Assembly (NCBI GenBank): GCA_009691445.1
Contig: SICL01000007.1
Location: forward strand, 6,916 to 70,915
From: Candidatus Taenariivivens baikalensis
GTDB lineage: Bacteria > Omnitrophota > Omnitrophia > Omnitrophales > Aquincolibacteriaceae
DNA length: 64,000 nucleotides
Direction of reading: 5' to 3'
This document shows positions 38,060 to 48,051 of the stretch, one piece after another. The number at the start of each line of letters is the position of its first letter. Positions within the stretch are counted from its first letter, which is position 1. The notes beneath the pieces were generated by a model. The model was not told the DNA's origin, did not search any database, and saw nothing but the letters and a program-made list of their open reading frames with translations. Made by a program: the position numbers and the translations under genes.

Positions 38060-39964
38060 TTAAGTCTGACTATAGTAGCGGGTATAAGTGTTGTAGTAAT
38101 ACTTGGAATAACCGTGATAACGCTCTTTATCCATATCCACCATATTCAGAGTCACCCCGATAATCTGAACTCCCGACTTTGTCAGCTGAGCCTGGGTATG
38201 GCGGATCAAATCAAGCGGAGTCCTTCCTGCCGCAATCACTAAAATAATATGCCCGATCAAACTACCGAGCACAAACCCATCTCCGATACCCGTCAGGGGC
38301 GGGCAATCCACAATCACCCGGTCAAAACGTTCCGCAGCCAGTTTAAGGAATTCCTTCATGCGCTCTGATCCCAGAATCGCCGCTGGATTAGGAGAAGTAG
38401 GTCCGCTTGTCACCAGCGTAAGATCTTCAATGCTTGATTGTTTGAGGATGGAGTCAAAATCAAGTTTGCTTGTTAGAAAATTCGAAAGCCCCGAAGTGTT
38501 ATCCAGTTTAAAAATTTTATGCAAGGTAGGGCGGCGCATATCGGCATCAATAAGCAAGGTTCGGTTCCCATCTAACGCCAGAGAAACAGCAATATTGTCC
38601 GCGGTAAACGACTTACCTTCGTGAGGAAGACAACTCGTCAACACCAAGGTCTTCAAAGATTCGGGTGAAGCAGAAAAATTAATGGAAACACGCAAATAGC
38701 GAAAACTTTCGGCAATTTCTGATTTCGCATCATGAAAGGCCATAATCCCTTTTTTGCCGTCTAACAAGGCCCGATCCTTAATCATGGGAAGCGGGCCGAG
38801 GAAAGGAAGGCTAAGTCCCTTGCGTTCCAAATCCTCCATCGAATGAATCGAATCATCAAAGTAATCAATCAGGAAAATGAGAAAACAACTGGCTAAAATC
38901 TCAATAATGGCCGCTACAAGAATCGTCTTATTACGGGAATTGGGCAGAGGTGATTTCGGGATCTCTGCCTCTTCCAGGATCCGGGCAACATTGACATTCA
39001 ACCGGCCTTCTGCCCGCGCTTTCAAACCATCCACAATGCGCTGTTTCTCGCCTTTAATGCTGTCTTCCAGGAATTTAATACTGGCACGCTCTTTGATGAT
39101 CTTAGGATGCTTCTCACGATACTGTCCCAAAAGCAGCTTGAGATCGGCCGATTCGCTGGATTTTTTTTCTAAAAGTTTACGAATCGTATCATCCGTGCGG
39201 ACCGAGGGAAGACTGTCAATCAACTCTTCCCGCGTCATTTGCTTCATGCCGCCCATAGGATCTTTGATCGTCACGGTTTCCTTAGGATCGCCGCCCTGGG
39301 GAAGCCAATTCAAAATTTCTCGGGAATAATACAACATATCTTCGAAATTTTTGCGGATATAGGCTCTGCTCACTGCGTTGGCAATATTCGCTGCTAACTC
39401 AGCATCTGCAGCCGACGCCTCAATACTTAAAATGCGACTTTCTTCAATCCGGATCACATTCACCATCCCTCGGAGATTATGAACCGCGGCATCAACATCC
39501 TTCTTTTCAAAGTAAGTTTCCAGTCTCAATTCCTGGACCACTTGTTTTAAAACCGAAGAGCCCTTAATAATCGCCATTTGCGTCGCATAATAGTCCGCTC
39601 CAAAAGCAGCGCTGAGCGACTCATTTCTGCCGTCCGATTTGCTAAACGCATCCTGAGCATTCGTCGGAGGGCGCTCAACAATCACTTGAGCCACCGCCTG
39701 ATATCGCACCGGCATCTTGGAGGTATAAATAAAGGCGAAGGTAAGAGCAATAATCAGAAAAGTAAAGATGACATAAAAATTCTTCGTGATGAGAAAGAAG
39801 TAATATTTATAATCAATGGGTTTTTCTACTTCTTCCCCATAGCCACCGGGATAATAAGGCGCACTATTCGGCTGAGGCATCAACGGCGTCTGCTGCATTC
39901 TAGGTTCTTGCATATCCATCCTCCTTTCCGCCAACCAGCGTTGGACGAATCCGTCCTCTGGCAA
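38060..39964 (-). CDS. Wzc-family polysaccharide co-polymerase/tyrosine kinase
   Basis: Two TM helices, AESFRYLR, Walker A SCLPHEGKS, LLIDADMRRP, VIVDCPP, C-terminal Tyr cluster YHGYSKYYYNTYTRYY. Confidence 0.92.
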   Translation of the reverse strand: MPEDGFVQRWLAERRMDMQEPRMQQTPLMPQPNSAPYYPGGYGEEVEKPIDYKYYFFLITKNFYVIFTFLIIALTFAFIYTSKMPVRYQAVAQVIVERPPTNAQDAFSKSDGRNESLSAAFGADYYATQMAIIKGSSVLKQVVQELRLETYFEKKDVDAAVHNLRGMVNVIRIEESRILSIEASAADAELAANIANAVSRAYIRKNFEDMLYYSREILNWLPQGGDPKETVTIKDPMGGMKQMTREELIDSLPSVRTDDTIRKLLEKKSSESADLKLLLGQYREKHPKIIKERASIKFLEDSIKGEKQRIVDGLKARAEGRLNVNVARILEEAEIPKSPLPNSRNKTILVAAIIEILASCFLIFLIDYFDDSIHSMEDLERKGLSLPFLGPLPMIKDRALLDGKKGIMAFHDAKSEIAESFRYLRVSINFSASPESLKTLVLTSCLPHEGKSFTADNIAVSLALDGNRTLLIDADMRRPTLHKIFKLDNTSGLSNFLTSKLDFDSILKQSSIEDLTLVTSGPTSPNPAAILGSERMKEFLKLAAERFDRVIVDCPPLTGIGDGFVLGSLIGHIILVIAAGRTPLDLIRHTQAQLTKSGVQIIGVTLNMVDMDKERYHGYSKYYYNTYTRYYSQT

Positions 39965-39967
39965 ACA

Positions 39968-40831
39968 TTAAAAAATACTTTCGGGAACGTGAATCACATC
40001 TCCGCTCTGAATTTCCATATCCGGGGAACTCCCATTAAAAACATCTTCAACATTAATTTGAAGGGTCTGGCGGTCTTGCGCAGTCTTGCGGACAACTTTG
40101 ACGCGCTTGGTATTGGCAATTTCGGTAAATCCACCGCCAATGGAAATCGCCTGAAGCAGTGTGAATTTCTTGGCTTCTAAAGGAATAGGGTACGTGCCTG
40201 GTTTTCGAACCTGCCCAAGGATGAGAAAACTTTTGTGATTGACAGGTTCACTGTCTTTTTCCCGTTTCAGCTCAATGGAGACTTCGGGATTTACCAGATA
40301 ATCAATATCCAGCATCCGTGCAATTTCCTTTTCAGCTTCATCAATTTTTTTGCCTCCCACATTCACCTTTCCAACCAGAGAAAGCGTAATATTTCCTTCC
40401 GAGTTAACTTCCATTTCTCCGCCCTTGATAAATTCATCCTCAGGATAAATACGAACCAAAATCCGGTGACCCGGTTTGAGCACGACAGGGGCATCGTCGG
40501 CCTCTGCATCAGTCGCTTCACCGGACTCCTGTTTCGCTTCCAAAGCTTTGGTCCCGGATGCTTTTAGAGTCTGCCCTGGAGAAGGCGCTGCAGGGGGCGC
40601 CGGCACAACTTTCACGGGATTCGAAGGGGAGGACGATTTGTCTTCGGCGTGTCTTTGAAAAGAAGAAGTCGATTCTTCGCTCTCGGCAGTCACAGATTTT
40701 TTTTCAGCGCCAAAGGCTGAAGGAAAATGGCTCAAGCCGGCGGTCATCAACGCCACGATTAAACATATTTTCAAGAATTTTTCGCCAAAAAACACGGAAA
40801 ATTCTCCTTTTTGAGTCATGGGCATCTTCAT
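39968..40831 (-). CDS. Short OPX (Poly_export + SLBB) polysaccharide export protein
   Basis: VNSEGNITLSLVGKV, YLVNPEV, LGQVRKPGTY, LLQAISIGGGF, GDVIHVPES; no lipobox seen. Confidence 0.88.
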   Translation of the reverse strand: MKMPMTQKGEFSVFFGEKFLKICLIVALMTAGLSHFPSAFGAEKKSVTAESEESTSSFQRHAEDKSSSPSNPVKVVPAPPAAPSPGQTLKASGTKALEAKQESGEATDAEADDAPVVLKPGHRILVRIYPEDEFIKGGEMEVNSEGNITLSLVGKVNVGGKKIDEAEKEIARMLDIDYLVNPEVSIELKREKDSEPVNHKSFLILGQVRKPGTYPIPLEAKKFTLLQAISIGGGFTEIANTKRVKVVRKTAQDRQTLQINVEDVFNGSSPDMEIQSGDVIHVPESIF

Positions 40832-40835
40832 ATTT

Positions 40836-42347
40836 TTAAATCGTCAACCTTAAACTCGTATCCAGTTCATGCACCCGGTAAGCATCCGGCTTCTCATCCG
40901 CCATTCGATAACCAAAAGTATACCCTAAATTAATCGTAGCATGCCGGGTAATTTCATAAGTAAGATCTGCCTGAAACGGAACCGTTACCTGCATCGTTTC
41001 ATTATCTTTCAAATCATTATCATTGGCGAGACTTCCAGATTGATGCGTTTTGTTCTTAAAATGAGTAATGCTTGCCGTGCTACGAGCCGTTAGTTTGCGG
41101 GATAATCGGCTATTAAGAGAAACAGAAAAACTGTCATTGGTAAAATAAATGTCCTGTTTGCTCGTTTCATTCTCCCCTTTACTCACACCTCCCGAAACGA
41201 GTTCCACCGTTGTGTTTTGTAATGATCGGATCAATTGGAAAGTAAGTTGAGTTTTTCCTGTCCACTGCCAAATATAACCGAGCCCTGCATTAAATGTCTT
41301 AGTGGTTCCTGCTTCCAGAGACTTGGGAACCTGCTTGCCCGCAGAAAGGTCAAGACTGGTTGATGATTTTTTAGTGACTTGACCAAAGTAACCCAAATGA
41401 ACGGAATGATCATTTGTATTTCCAGCCTTGGAACGAATCACATTGGTCCCTGCCTGATAGCCCAAGGAAACACGACTCTTGGGAGTGAAGTTCCAAAACA
41501 AACTCGGCGACGACGTGGCTTGCCAGGAGGAATCCTGATCAAAGGCTTCCTGGGGAAACAGACGTTTATCAAAACCAAAGGAGGTATTCGTGGAAAGCTT
41601 ACTGGAAATGGGAAAGTGATAAGCACTGTTAGCACCAAAATCCCACCGGAGTTTATCCTTATTAACTTCAGGTGTCTTTTGATCCACACGGCCCATTTTC
41701 GTCTGAAGAGAATGGGCTATTTTTTTGAAATATTTTCTCCGATAATTGAGGGATTCATGAACTTCATGCATATCTGTCTTCGGATTGGTTGCATGCCACT
41801 GTTTGCCTCCATCAAGCGAAAACCGCAAATCTGTTTTCTTTCCTGACAAATCAATATTCATACCACTTCGGGTATCAAAAAGGGAATCGTCTTTCTCCCG
41901 GTTCAACTGTTTACGACTCGTATTACTGTTATACTTATAGCTTCCCTTAGCTTCAAACTGAAAACGATCACGCTGCGGTAAGGAAAGAAGCTCGATTTTC
42001 ATTTGCTCAAGGCCCTCAGTAATCGCCCGGGCCGCCTCCTGATCCTTGCTGTCATTTTTCAGCTTCTGCTGTTCGCTTAAAATCTTTTCCATTTGTTTAT
42101 CCCGATTTTTCTTTTCCTGAGACGAGGCTTCTTCCAAAATTAGCTGATGATGAAATTGATTTAGTTTTTCCTGCTCAAATTCGTCGTAGCGCTCAGCCTT
42201 CCCCACCACGGAAAATCCTTCTTTCGGAAGGATGGCTAACAGGATAAATGCCCAGAGAGGCATCCTCAAACAACGTTTCACGCGTGTCAAAAAAATCACT
42301 TTTATCTTCATCCTCATCATTTGCAGGTTCAAGGAACGGGCGCTCAT
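40836..42347 (-). CDS. Putative outer-membrane beta-barrel protein
   Basis: Signal peptide, alternating amphipathic strands with aromatic residues (YKYNSN, WNFTPKSRVSLGY, LGYIWQWTGKTQL); adjacent to the OPX and Wzc genes. Confidence 0.7.
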   Translation of the reverse strand: MSARSLNLQMMRMKIKVIFLTRVKRCLRMPLWAFILLAILPKEGFSVVGKAERYDEFEQEKLNQFHHQLILEEASSQEKKNRDKQMEKILSEQQKLKNDSKDQEAARAITEGLEQMKIELLSLPQRDRFQFEAKGSYKYNSNTSRKQLNREKDDSLFDTRSGMNIDLSGKKTDLRFSLDGGKQWHATNPKTDMHEVHESLNYRRKYFKKIAHSLQTKMGRVDQKTPEVNKDKLRWDFGANSAYHFPISSKLSTNTSFGFDKRLFPQEAFDQDSSWQATSSPSLFWNFTPKSRVSLGYQAGTNVIRSKAGNTNDHSVHLGYFGQVTKKSSTSLDLSAGKQVPKSLEAGTTKTFNAGLGYIWQWTGKTQLTFQLIRSLQNTTVELVSGGVSKGENETSKQDIYFTNDSFSVSLNSRLSRKLTARSTASITHFKNKTHQSGSLANDNDLKDNETMQVTVPFQADLTYEITRHATINLGYTFGYRMADEKPDAYRVHELDTSLRLTI

Positions 42348-42386
42348 GACAATTCATGCCGGTCCCCTGAACCTATCAGACTGCAA

Positions 42387-44270
42387 TTAAACGCTGGCTG
42401 CCGCTAAGTTCCTTCGCGCAATTTCAAATTCAGGAATCAAGGTCAATGCGCGCTGAAACGACTCCACCGATTCTTTGACACGTGCCAAGGCATAGAAGGA
42501 ATACCCCCTATTATTGAACGTCTTGGCTCTGATGATTTTATTGGCATCACGCAGAGCCTGAGAAAGATTCGTGAATTTCTTCAGAGCCTCTTCATATTTC
42601 TTCTGTGAGATATAAACATTTCCTAAATTAAAATGGGCCGGTAAATAATCGCCGTTAAACACGAGGGCCTCCCCATATAGTTTTTCCGCCTCTTCCGGTT
42701 GACCCAAAATTTCATAGATGTAAGCAAGCACGGAACAGGTATATTCATCGGGCCCCTGATGATAACCCCGCTTGGCTGATTGCAAACCTTGTTCGATTTT
42801 TCCCAAAAGCAGGGAAACTGTTCCGAACGCACTAAGCGCCCAGGCGTCCTCCGGATTATTTTTTAAACTTTTCGTGAGAAGATCATAAGCCGCCCGGATT
42901 TGGCCCTGTTGAATGGCCCTAAAAGCCAAATCTCTGAGATGCGTCGGTGGTTGATGATAAAGAGACTCCATAACTTCCGCAAATTCGCGGACACCAGGAA
43001 CCATTGCTTCTGCTCGTTCCAAACTCTCATTTCCTTTTTTGATATCGTGGAGATAAAAAATATAAATACTGGCCTTCTCAAGTTCTGCCAGCGCCATCCA
43101 GGCATTTCTTAAATTATCCGGAAGTGTAGAATCCCCGTAACTTTGAACTAAAAGATTGTCATACGCGGATAAGGATTTATCAGCCTCCCCACGCTGGTAG
43201 TAAATATCGGCAAGTTGAACGTTTAAGGCCAAGATTAAATCGCGATTGATATCCTGTTCTTTCAGGAGGTCGCGAATCAGGGGCTGGCTCTCATCCAGGT
43301 TCCCTGCCATTTTCAGGAGCAGTCCGAGATAAAAAATAGCGCGCTGGCGAATATCTCTATTTGCCGCATGCTGAAGGCTTAAAAATACCGTCCTGGCAAG
43401 TTCATTGTCATAAGAAGCCAGATAGCCCAGGCCCAACCGAAAGCGGGATCCTTCGTCAAGGGACAATCCTTTTTGATTCAGATCTGCGAGTTTCAACACC
43501 TGAGATTGCCCTGCCCTTAAACGATCAAGCTGGCGCAGCAAACTTTGCGCGACATCAGCTTCTTTGAGCCCTGAATATCCCCGCCAAACTTCCCAAAGCA
43601 GTTCTTCAGCCTGTTGATTTTTTTTCTCACGCATCAGGACATACGCCAGGGATGTTTGAATCCATCCTTTGTCGCGATCACTCAGATTGAATTTAAGATA
43701 GGTCCGGTAAAGCGTTTCTGCCTCGGAATATTCACCGCGTTTTTCTCTTGCGCGGGCTTCGTCCAAAAGCGGCAGGCCGGAATATTCATAAGCCTCATCA
43801 AGATCGTGACTTTCTAAGGACTGTTTATGCCCACCCCCGCGCAAACGGATCAGTAAAGAAGAAATCCAGGCTTGAATCTTTTCATAAATCTGGACCATAA
43901 TCCTTGAAAAAAAAGAGCGCTCCAATAACTTGGCGGCCCGGACCTGCTCCAGGTAGAGGTGCTCATGGCCATAGTTCCCCCGCGCCGAAGTCTTATCAAA
44001 AGATCTTAAAGCAAGCTCTAGAAAGGCGAGGGTTTTAAAGTTCACCTGCTCTTTAGCCGCCTCTTCGAGAACAAGGCCTTGAAGAATATTACGATAGGCA
44101 TAACGGTCGACCCCTGACTGAGTTGCGGAGTCATCGTGATTCGCAGCCAGGGTTATTTCCAGATTCCGCAGGGAATCATCGACGAGAAATTGAGTATAAA
44201 AAAAGGCACCGAAAAGAAACAAGCCAATCAGGCTGGCAAGGATCAAGAATCCTTTGACGATTGGTTTCAA
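42387..44270 (-). CDS. Membrane-anchored TPR protein
   Basis: N-terminal TM helix; TPRs such as AHFNLGNVY, FNNRGYSFY...FQRALTLIPEF. Confidence 0.8.
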   Translation of the reverse strand: MKPIVKGFLILASLIGLFLFGAFFYTQFLVDDSLRNLEITLAANHDDSATQSGVDRYAYRNILQGLVLEEAAKEQVNFKTLAFLELALRSFDKTSARGNYGHEHLYLEQVRAAKLLERSFFSRIMVQIYEKIQAWISSLLIRLRGGGHKQSLESHDLDEAYEYSGLPLLDEARAREKRGEYSEAETLYRTYLKFNLSDRDKGWIQTSLAYVLMREKKNQQAEELLWEVWRGYSGLKEADVAQSLLRQLDRLRAGQSQVLKLADLNQKGLSLDEGSRFRLGLGYLASYDNELARTVFLSLQHAANRDIRQRAIFYLGLLLKMAGNLDESQPLIRDLLKEQDINRDLILALNVQLADIYYQRGEADKSLSAYDNLLVQSYGDSTLPDNLRNAWMALAELEKASIYIFYLHDIKKGNESLERAEAMVPGVREFAEVMESLYHQPPTHLRDLAFRAIQQGQIRAAYDLLTKSLKNNPEDAWALSAFGTVSLLLGKIEQGLQSAKRGYHQGPDEYTCSVLAYIYEILGQPEEAEKLYGEALVFNGDYLPAHFNLGNVYISQKKYEEALKKFTNLSQALRDANKIIRAKTFNNRGYSFYALARVKESVESFQRALTLIPEFEIARRNLAAASV

Positions 44271-44496
44271 AGAAAAAACTCCATTTTGATAGAACTTAAG
44301 CGATGATAATTAGTTATGCTATTAAATGATAGCGAGTGATCGATGTAATTGCAAGCTACAATAGCCGTCAAGTTTCAGAGTAAAAAGACGAATACATCAA
44401 CTCGAAACAAAACGTCCGTCAAACGCCCGACATACTTAAATTATCGTGAGTTTTTTTGCTCATTCATCTCATCAACACCCTTCCGGCTTAACATCA

Positions 44497-45813
44497 ATGA
44501 AAAATCAAAAGACTTCGCTTTTAACTCAGATTGTACTGCGCATCAGCATTCCCCTGGCCATCTTAAGCACGCTTTTTATCTGCTTGTTTCTTAAAATTCA
44601 AATCGATTCTTTAAATCAGCGTCGAGGTGTAGAAACTCAATGGGTCGTGGAACAAATTGCACAGACACTCAATCATCAGCTCCAAACCACGGGCGCCTTT
44701 AACGAAGACGCCCTGAAAACCAAGCTTGCGTCCCTTTCGATCCGTGATCTTCTCAATGTCAACATCATGGATTTCAAAAATAAATTTTTTTTATGGGACG
44801 CGCAAGCTTTTCCCTGGTCCAAGGATGACACCCTGGACAGTGTTCAAAGCCTTCAGTTGAGAACACAAGGGAAACGTTTCTACGGAAAAGCAGACCGCCG
44901 CCATGAATGGCTTGTCTTTTACCTTCCTCTTGAAAACAAAGAACGCGGCGGGATCCTTATCGCCCGAGTTCTTTTTTCACTCAATAATATCCATGGCGCT
45001 CTGAAGGATTCCCGAAATATCTTGATCGGAATTATTCTGCTCATCGTCGGTGCGGGGCTTCTGATCGGAAAAACCTTGTCCAATCTCATCATTAGACCTC
45101 TCAGAATCCTCCGGGAAGCCGCTGAAGAGATCACACAGGGACATTTGGGCAGTCATATCCAGATCGATACCGGAAATGAATTTGAATCCCTGGCTGAAAT
45201 TTTTAATCATATGAGCGATCGGCTGCGGGCAATGCGAACCCAGGCCAAAGACTCCAATCCTCTGACCGGATTGCCAGGAAATATGGGCATCTTCGAAGAA
45301 TTGCAAAGGCGAATTCATGAACGCCAGAAATTCGTGTTTTTTCACGTTGACTTGAACCGTTTCAAAGTATTTAACGACCATTACGGTCTTGCCGAGGGGG
45401 ATAAGGCCATCAAAATGACTGCCGAAGTCCTTAAACGAGCCGCCAAAGAAAAGGGATCTAAAGATACCTTCGTCGGTCATCAAGGGGGCGATGATTATGT
45501 CATCATCACACATCCTTCTCATGGGAAAGAGGTAGGCGAATTTATCTGCACGGCTTTTGACCAGGAAATAGTCCCGGCTCTCTACCCCAAAAGCGACCTT
45601 GAAAGAGGTTATGTGGAAAAAATTGACCGGCGGCAGTTCGCAGAAACCGGCGAAGAAAAAATCGTAAAATTCCCCCTAACTTCGATTGCCGTAGCGGGCG
45701 TCACAAATACCAAAAATGATTTCGCGGATTATTATGACTGCATGGAAAAAGCCGTGAAGGCCAAAACTCTGGCGAAGCAGACCATTGAAAGCTCTTATCT
45801 GATCCAGGAATAA
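44497..45813 (+). CDS. Diguanylate cyclase (TM-periplasmic-TM-HAMP-GGDEF)
   Basis: HAMP IRPLRIL...GNEFESLAEIFNHM, NPLTGLPGN, DLNRFKVFNDHYG...GD, GHQGGDDY. Confidence 0.87.
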   Translation: MKNQKTSLLTQIVLRISIPLAILSTLFICLFLKIQIDSLNQRRGVETQWVVEQIAQTLNHQLQTTGAFNEDALKTKLASLSIRDLLNVNIMDFKNKFFLWDAQAFPWSKDDTLDSVQSLQLRTQGKRFYGKADRRHEWLVFYLPLENKERGGILIARVLFSLNNIHGALKDSRNILIGIILLIVGAGLLIGKTLSNLIIRPLRILREAAEEITQGHLGSHIQIDTGNEFESLAEIFNHMSDRLRAMRTQAKDSNPLTGLPGNMGIFEELQRRIHERQKFVFFHVDLNRFKVFNDHYGLAEGDKAIKMTAEVLKRAAKEKGSKDTFVGHQGGDDYVIITHPSHGKEVGEFICTAFDQEIVPALYPKSDLERGYVEKIDRRQFAETGEEKIVKFPLTSIAVAGVTNTKNDFADYYDCMEKAVKAKTLAKQTIESSYLIQE

Positions 45814-45815
45814 GT

Positions 45816-46562
45816 CTAAGCGCGAAGACGGCGCGTCTTGATCCACCTCAAGATCGGCGCAATCCATTCATCCCGCGTCTCATGCACGGCCTGGGGATCG
45901 TCAATCACTGCCACCGTCACACCGCGTTCCTTTAACCGCTCACCGTTCACCCGGATCCGTTCATAGCTGAATTGTGGATCCTGTCTTCCGTGCGCATAGA
46001 GCACCGCCGGAAAAGAAGCGGGATCAATCTTCTCAATCCAATCTTCCGAAGGAGGAGAAGAAATTAAAACCAAATTTTTCCAGCCGGAGGGATGAAGCAC
46101 CGCAAGCTGGCGCGCCATCAAGGCCCCTGAAGAAGCGCCTGCCAGGGTCCGCTGGGCCGTATCCACCGGATAATCCGCCGTGATTTTATCCGCCAGGAAA
46201 TTCAAGGCTTCAAGATCCTCAACCTGATTTTTATACGGATGGGTACGCGAAGGAGCCAGGATCATCACGCGCGCCTTTTGAGCCTGGTCCTGCCATGTTT
46301 CCAGGGCATGCTCCGCCGAATCACCGCTGCCGTGCAGCAACATTAAAAGCGGAAATTTTTCTCCGGGCTTTTGAGATTTAAATCCCAAAAGATAAAAAGG
46401 AACGGCTTGATGATACCGGTCGGCAAAAGGCCCCTTGGGCAAAAAATTCCCTTCCGTAATGACCGTATCCCCCATGATTTTTGTTTTTAAATGATCCATG
46501 CAGGACATCGAAGAAAGCATGACAGAAACCAGGGCGAGAGATAAAAAAGAAGAAATCTTCAT
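45816..46562 (-). CDS. Alpha/beta hydrolase (carboxylesterase-like), possible lipoprotein
   Basis: LHGSG, GASSG nucleophile elbow, HGRQD, terminal His; N-terminus ...MLSSMSC. Confidence 0.8.
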   Translation of the reverse strand: MKISSFLSLALVSVMLSSMSCMDHLKTKIMGDTVITEGNFLPKGPFADRYHQAVPFYLLGFKSQKPGEKFPLLMLLHGSGDSAEHALETWQDQAQKARVMILAPSRTHPYKNQVEDLEALNFLADKITADYPVDTAQRTLAGASSGALMARQLAVLHPSGWKNLVLISSPPSEDWIEKIDPASFPAVLYAHGRQDPQFSYERIRVNGERLKERGVTVAVIDDPQAVHETRDEWIAPILRWIKTRRLRA

Positions 46563-46575
46563 CGGTTTAAAAAAA

Positions 46576-48051
46576 TCATTTTGTTTTTGAGAATAAAACC
46601 TTGTCAAAATCATCCCGTAAAAGACCAAGGCTGGCACCCATGATGATATAGGTGAGGACCGACATTGAAACACGCTCTAAAAGATGGTTGAAAGCTCCAT
46701 GCGAAAAAATCATCACCACGGCGGAAAGCAAAGATAAAGAAAGGATATATTGAAACCGACTCTTCACTTTAAAAAGGCGGATTGCTGCCTCTAAAAGATA
46801 GACGGCAAGAAAGAGAAAATAGAGATAAGCCCCAATTCCTTCTTCCGCCAACAACTGAAGGTAGTGATTCATGGATTCGTAACTTGCAAAATCAAACTGC
46901 CCGTCAGGCGCTTTTTCAACGGCATAATGCTGGGCAAAATCCTTATAGGCTCCGGTTCCGACTCCCCAAAGAGGATAATCCCGATGCATCCCGAGAGCGC
47001 GTCTTGCACCCTCCTTATTCGTTGAAAAACTAGTTCGATGCTGGGCATCCGCATTTTCTCCAGAAAGCGTCTGGAGTTCCTTCCAAACCCCTTTTAAATT
47101 GCCGGACCAAAGATTGAAACCTCCTGTAATTAAAACCACGGCCAAAACCAACTGAAGATAGGCTCGGGACCGGAACCAAAGAAGGATCCCTAAAAGAAAT
47201 CCAAAAAAAAGAAGACTAAAACACAAGATTGTTCCTCGGGAAAAAAGAAGAAGAATGGAAGTGGTAATGACGAGGCAGACGGTCAAAAACAAAAAAAAAG
47301 GCTGCAGAACCTTTAAAGGAATCCGGGAAGAACCGCGGCTTTTTTCTGTGTGCCAAGCGTCCCTAAAAAGCTCAAAGTGATAAACGAGCAAACCCAAAGC
47401 AGAAAAAAAACCAATGGCCATCACATCTCCCACGTAATTAACGTGGGCAAACTGCTCGACCAGGTATTTCCCCGCCCACGGGTGCGCATAAAAAATAGGG
47501 GGAAAAAATCCTGATTGTGCGAAGTTACCGGATCCCCAATGGTAAACCGGAGGAACGCCAGGATGGCGCATCAACGGCGGGATCGCCACAATCGCCAGAA
47601 AAAATCCTGCGAGGGATAAGAAGTTGTGCAAGCGTCCTGCCTGTGAACGGCGGCAAAAAAGCTGATAGGCGAGAAAAAAGCATCCGAACGAATAAGTCCA
47701 TCGCCAAAGCGCCTGAAGATAATAACCAGTCTGCGGGCCGTAAAGACTCTGCTCGGATCCGCCGCCCAGCTTCATGAACGCAGCACGAATATATTCGTAC
47801 GCAAGAAAAATACTGAGAGCCGCCAAAGTCCACTTACCGGAAACCATTTTCCAGGAAATCACACCGGGCGAGATGAGACATAAACCCAGGAGTCCAAATC
47901 CCGCTCCATACTGAACCCTTAAATGGAGGTCTTGATCCGAACCTAGGGAGAAAAATAAAAGAAGAAGAAACGCATAAAAAAGAAATTCAAAAATAACCGG
48001 CGAAGAATTTTTCTGCGACATTGTACTCAAGGGTGGAATACGCTCCTCCAA
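46576..48051 (-). CDS. O-antigen ligase/Wzy_C-family membrane protein
   Basis: Multi-TM, FSRGT, YPLWGVGTGAY, NHYLQLLAEEG. Confidence 0.82.
   Translation of the reverse strand: MEERIPPLSTMSQKNSSPVIFEFLFYAFLLLLFFSLGSDQDLHLRVQYGAGFGLLGLCLISPGVISWKMVSGKWTLAALSIFLAYEYIRAAFMKLGGGSEQSLYGPQTGYYLQALWRWTYSFGCFFLAYQLFCRRSQAGRLHNFLSLAGFFLAIVAIPPLMRHPGVPPVYHWGSGNFAQSGFFPPIFYAHPWAGKYLVEQFAHVNYVGDVMAIGFFSALGLLVYHFELFRDAWHTEKSRGSSRIPLKVLQPFFLFLTVCLVITTSILLLFSRGTILCFSLLFFGFLLGILLWFRSRAYLQLVLAVVLITGGFNLWSGNLKGVWKELQTLSGENADAQHRTSFSTNKEGARRALGMHRDYPLWGVGTGAYKDFAQHYAVEKAPDGQFDFASYESMNHYLQLLAEEGIGAYLYFLFLAVYLLEAAIRLFKVKSRFQYILSLSLLSAVVMIFSHGAFNHLLERVSMSVLTYIIMGASLGLLRDDFDKVLFSKTK

Noticed and set aside
44271-44496. 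Possible c-di-GMP riboswitch or ncRNA in the divergent intergenic region (also 60783-61001)
   Set aside because: No recognisable riboswitch consensus or convincing stem pattern by eye; an Rfam/Infernal scan would be needed.
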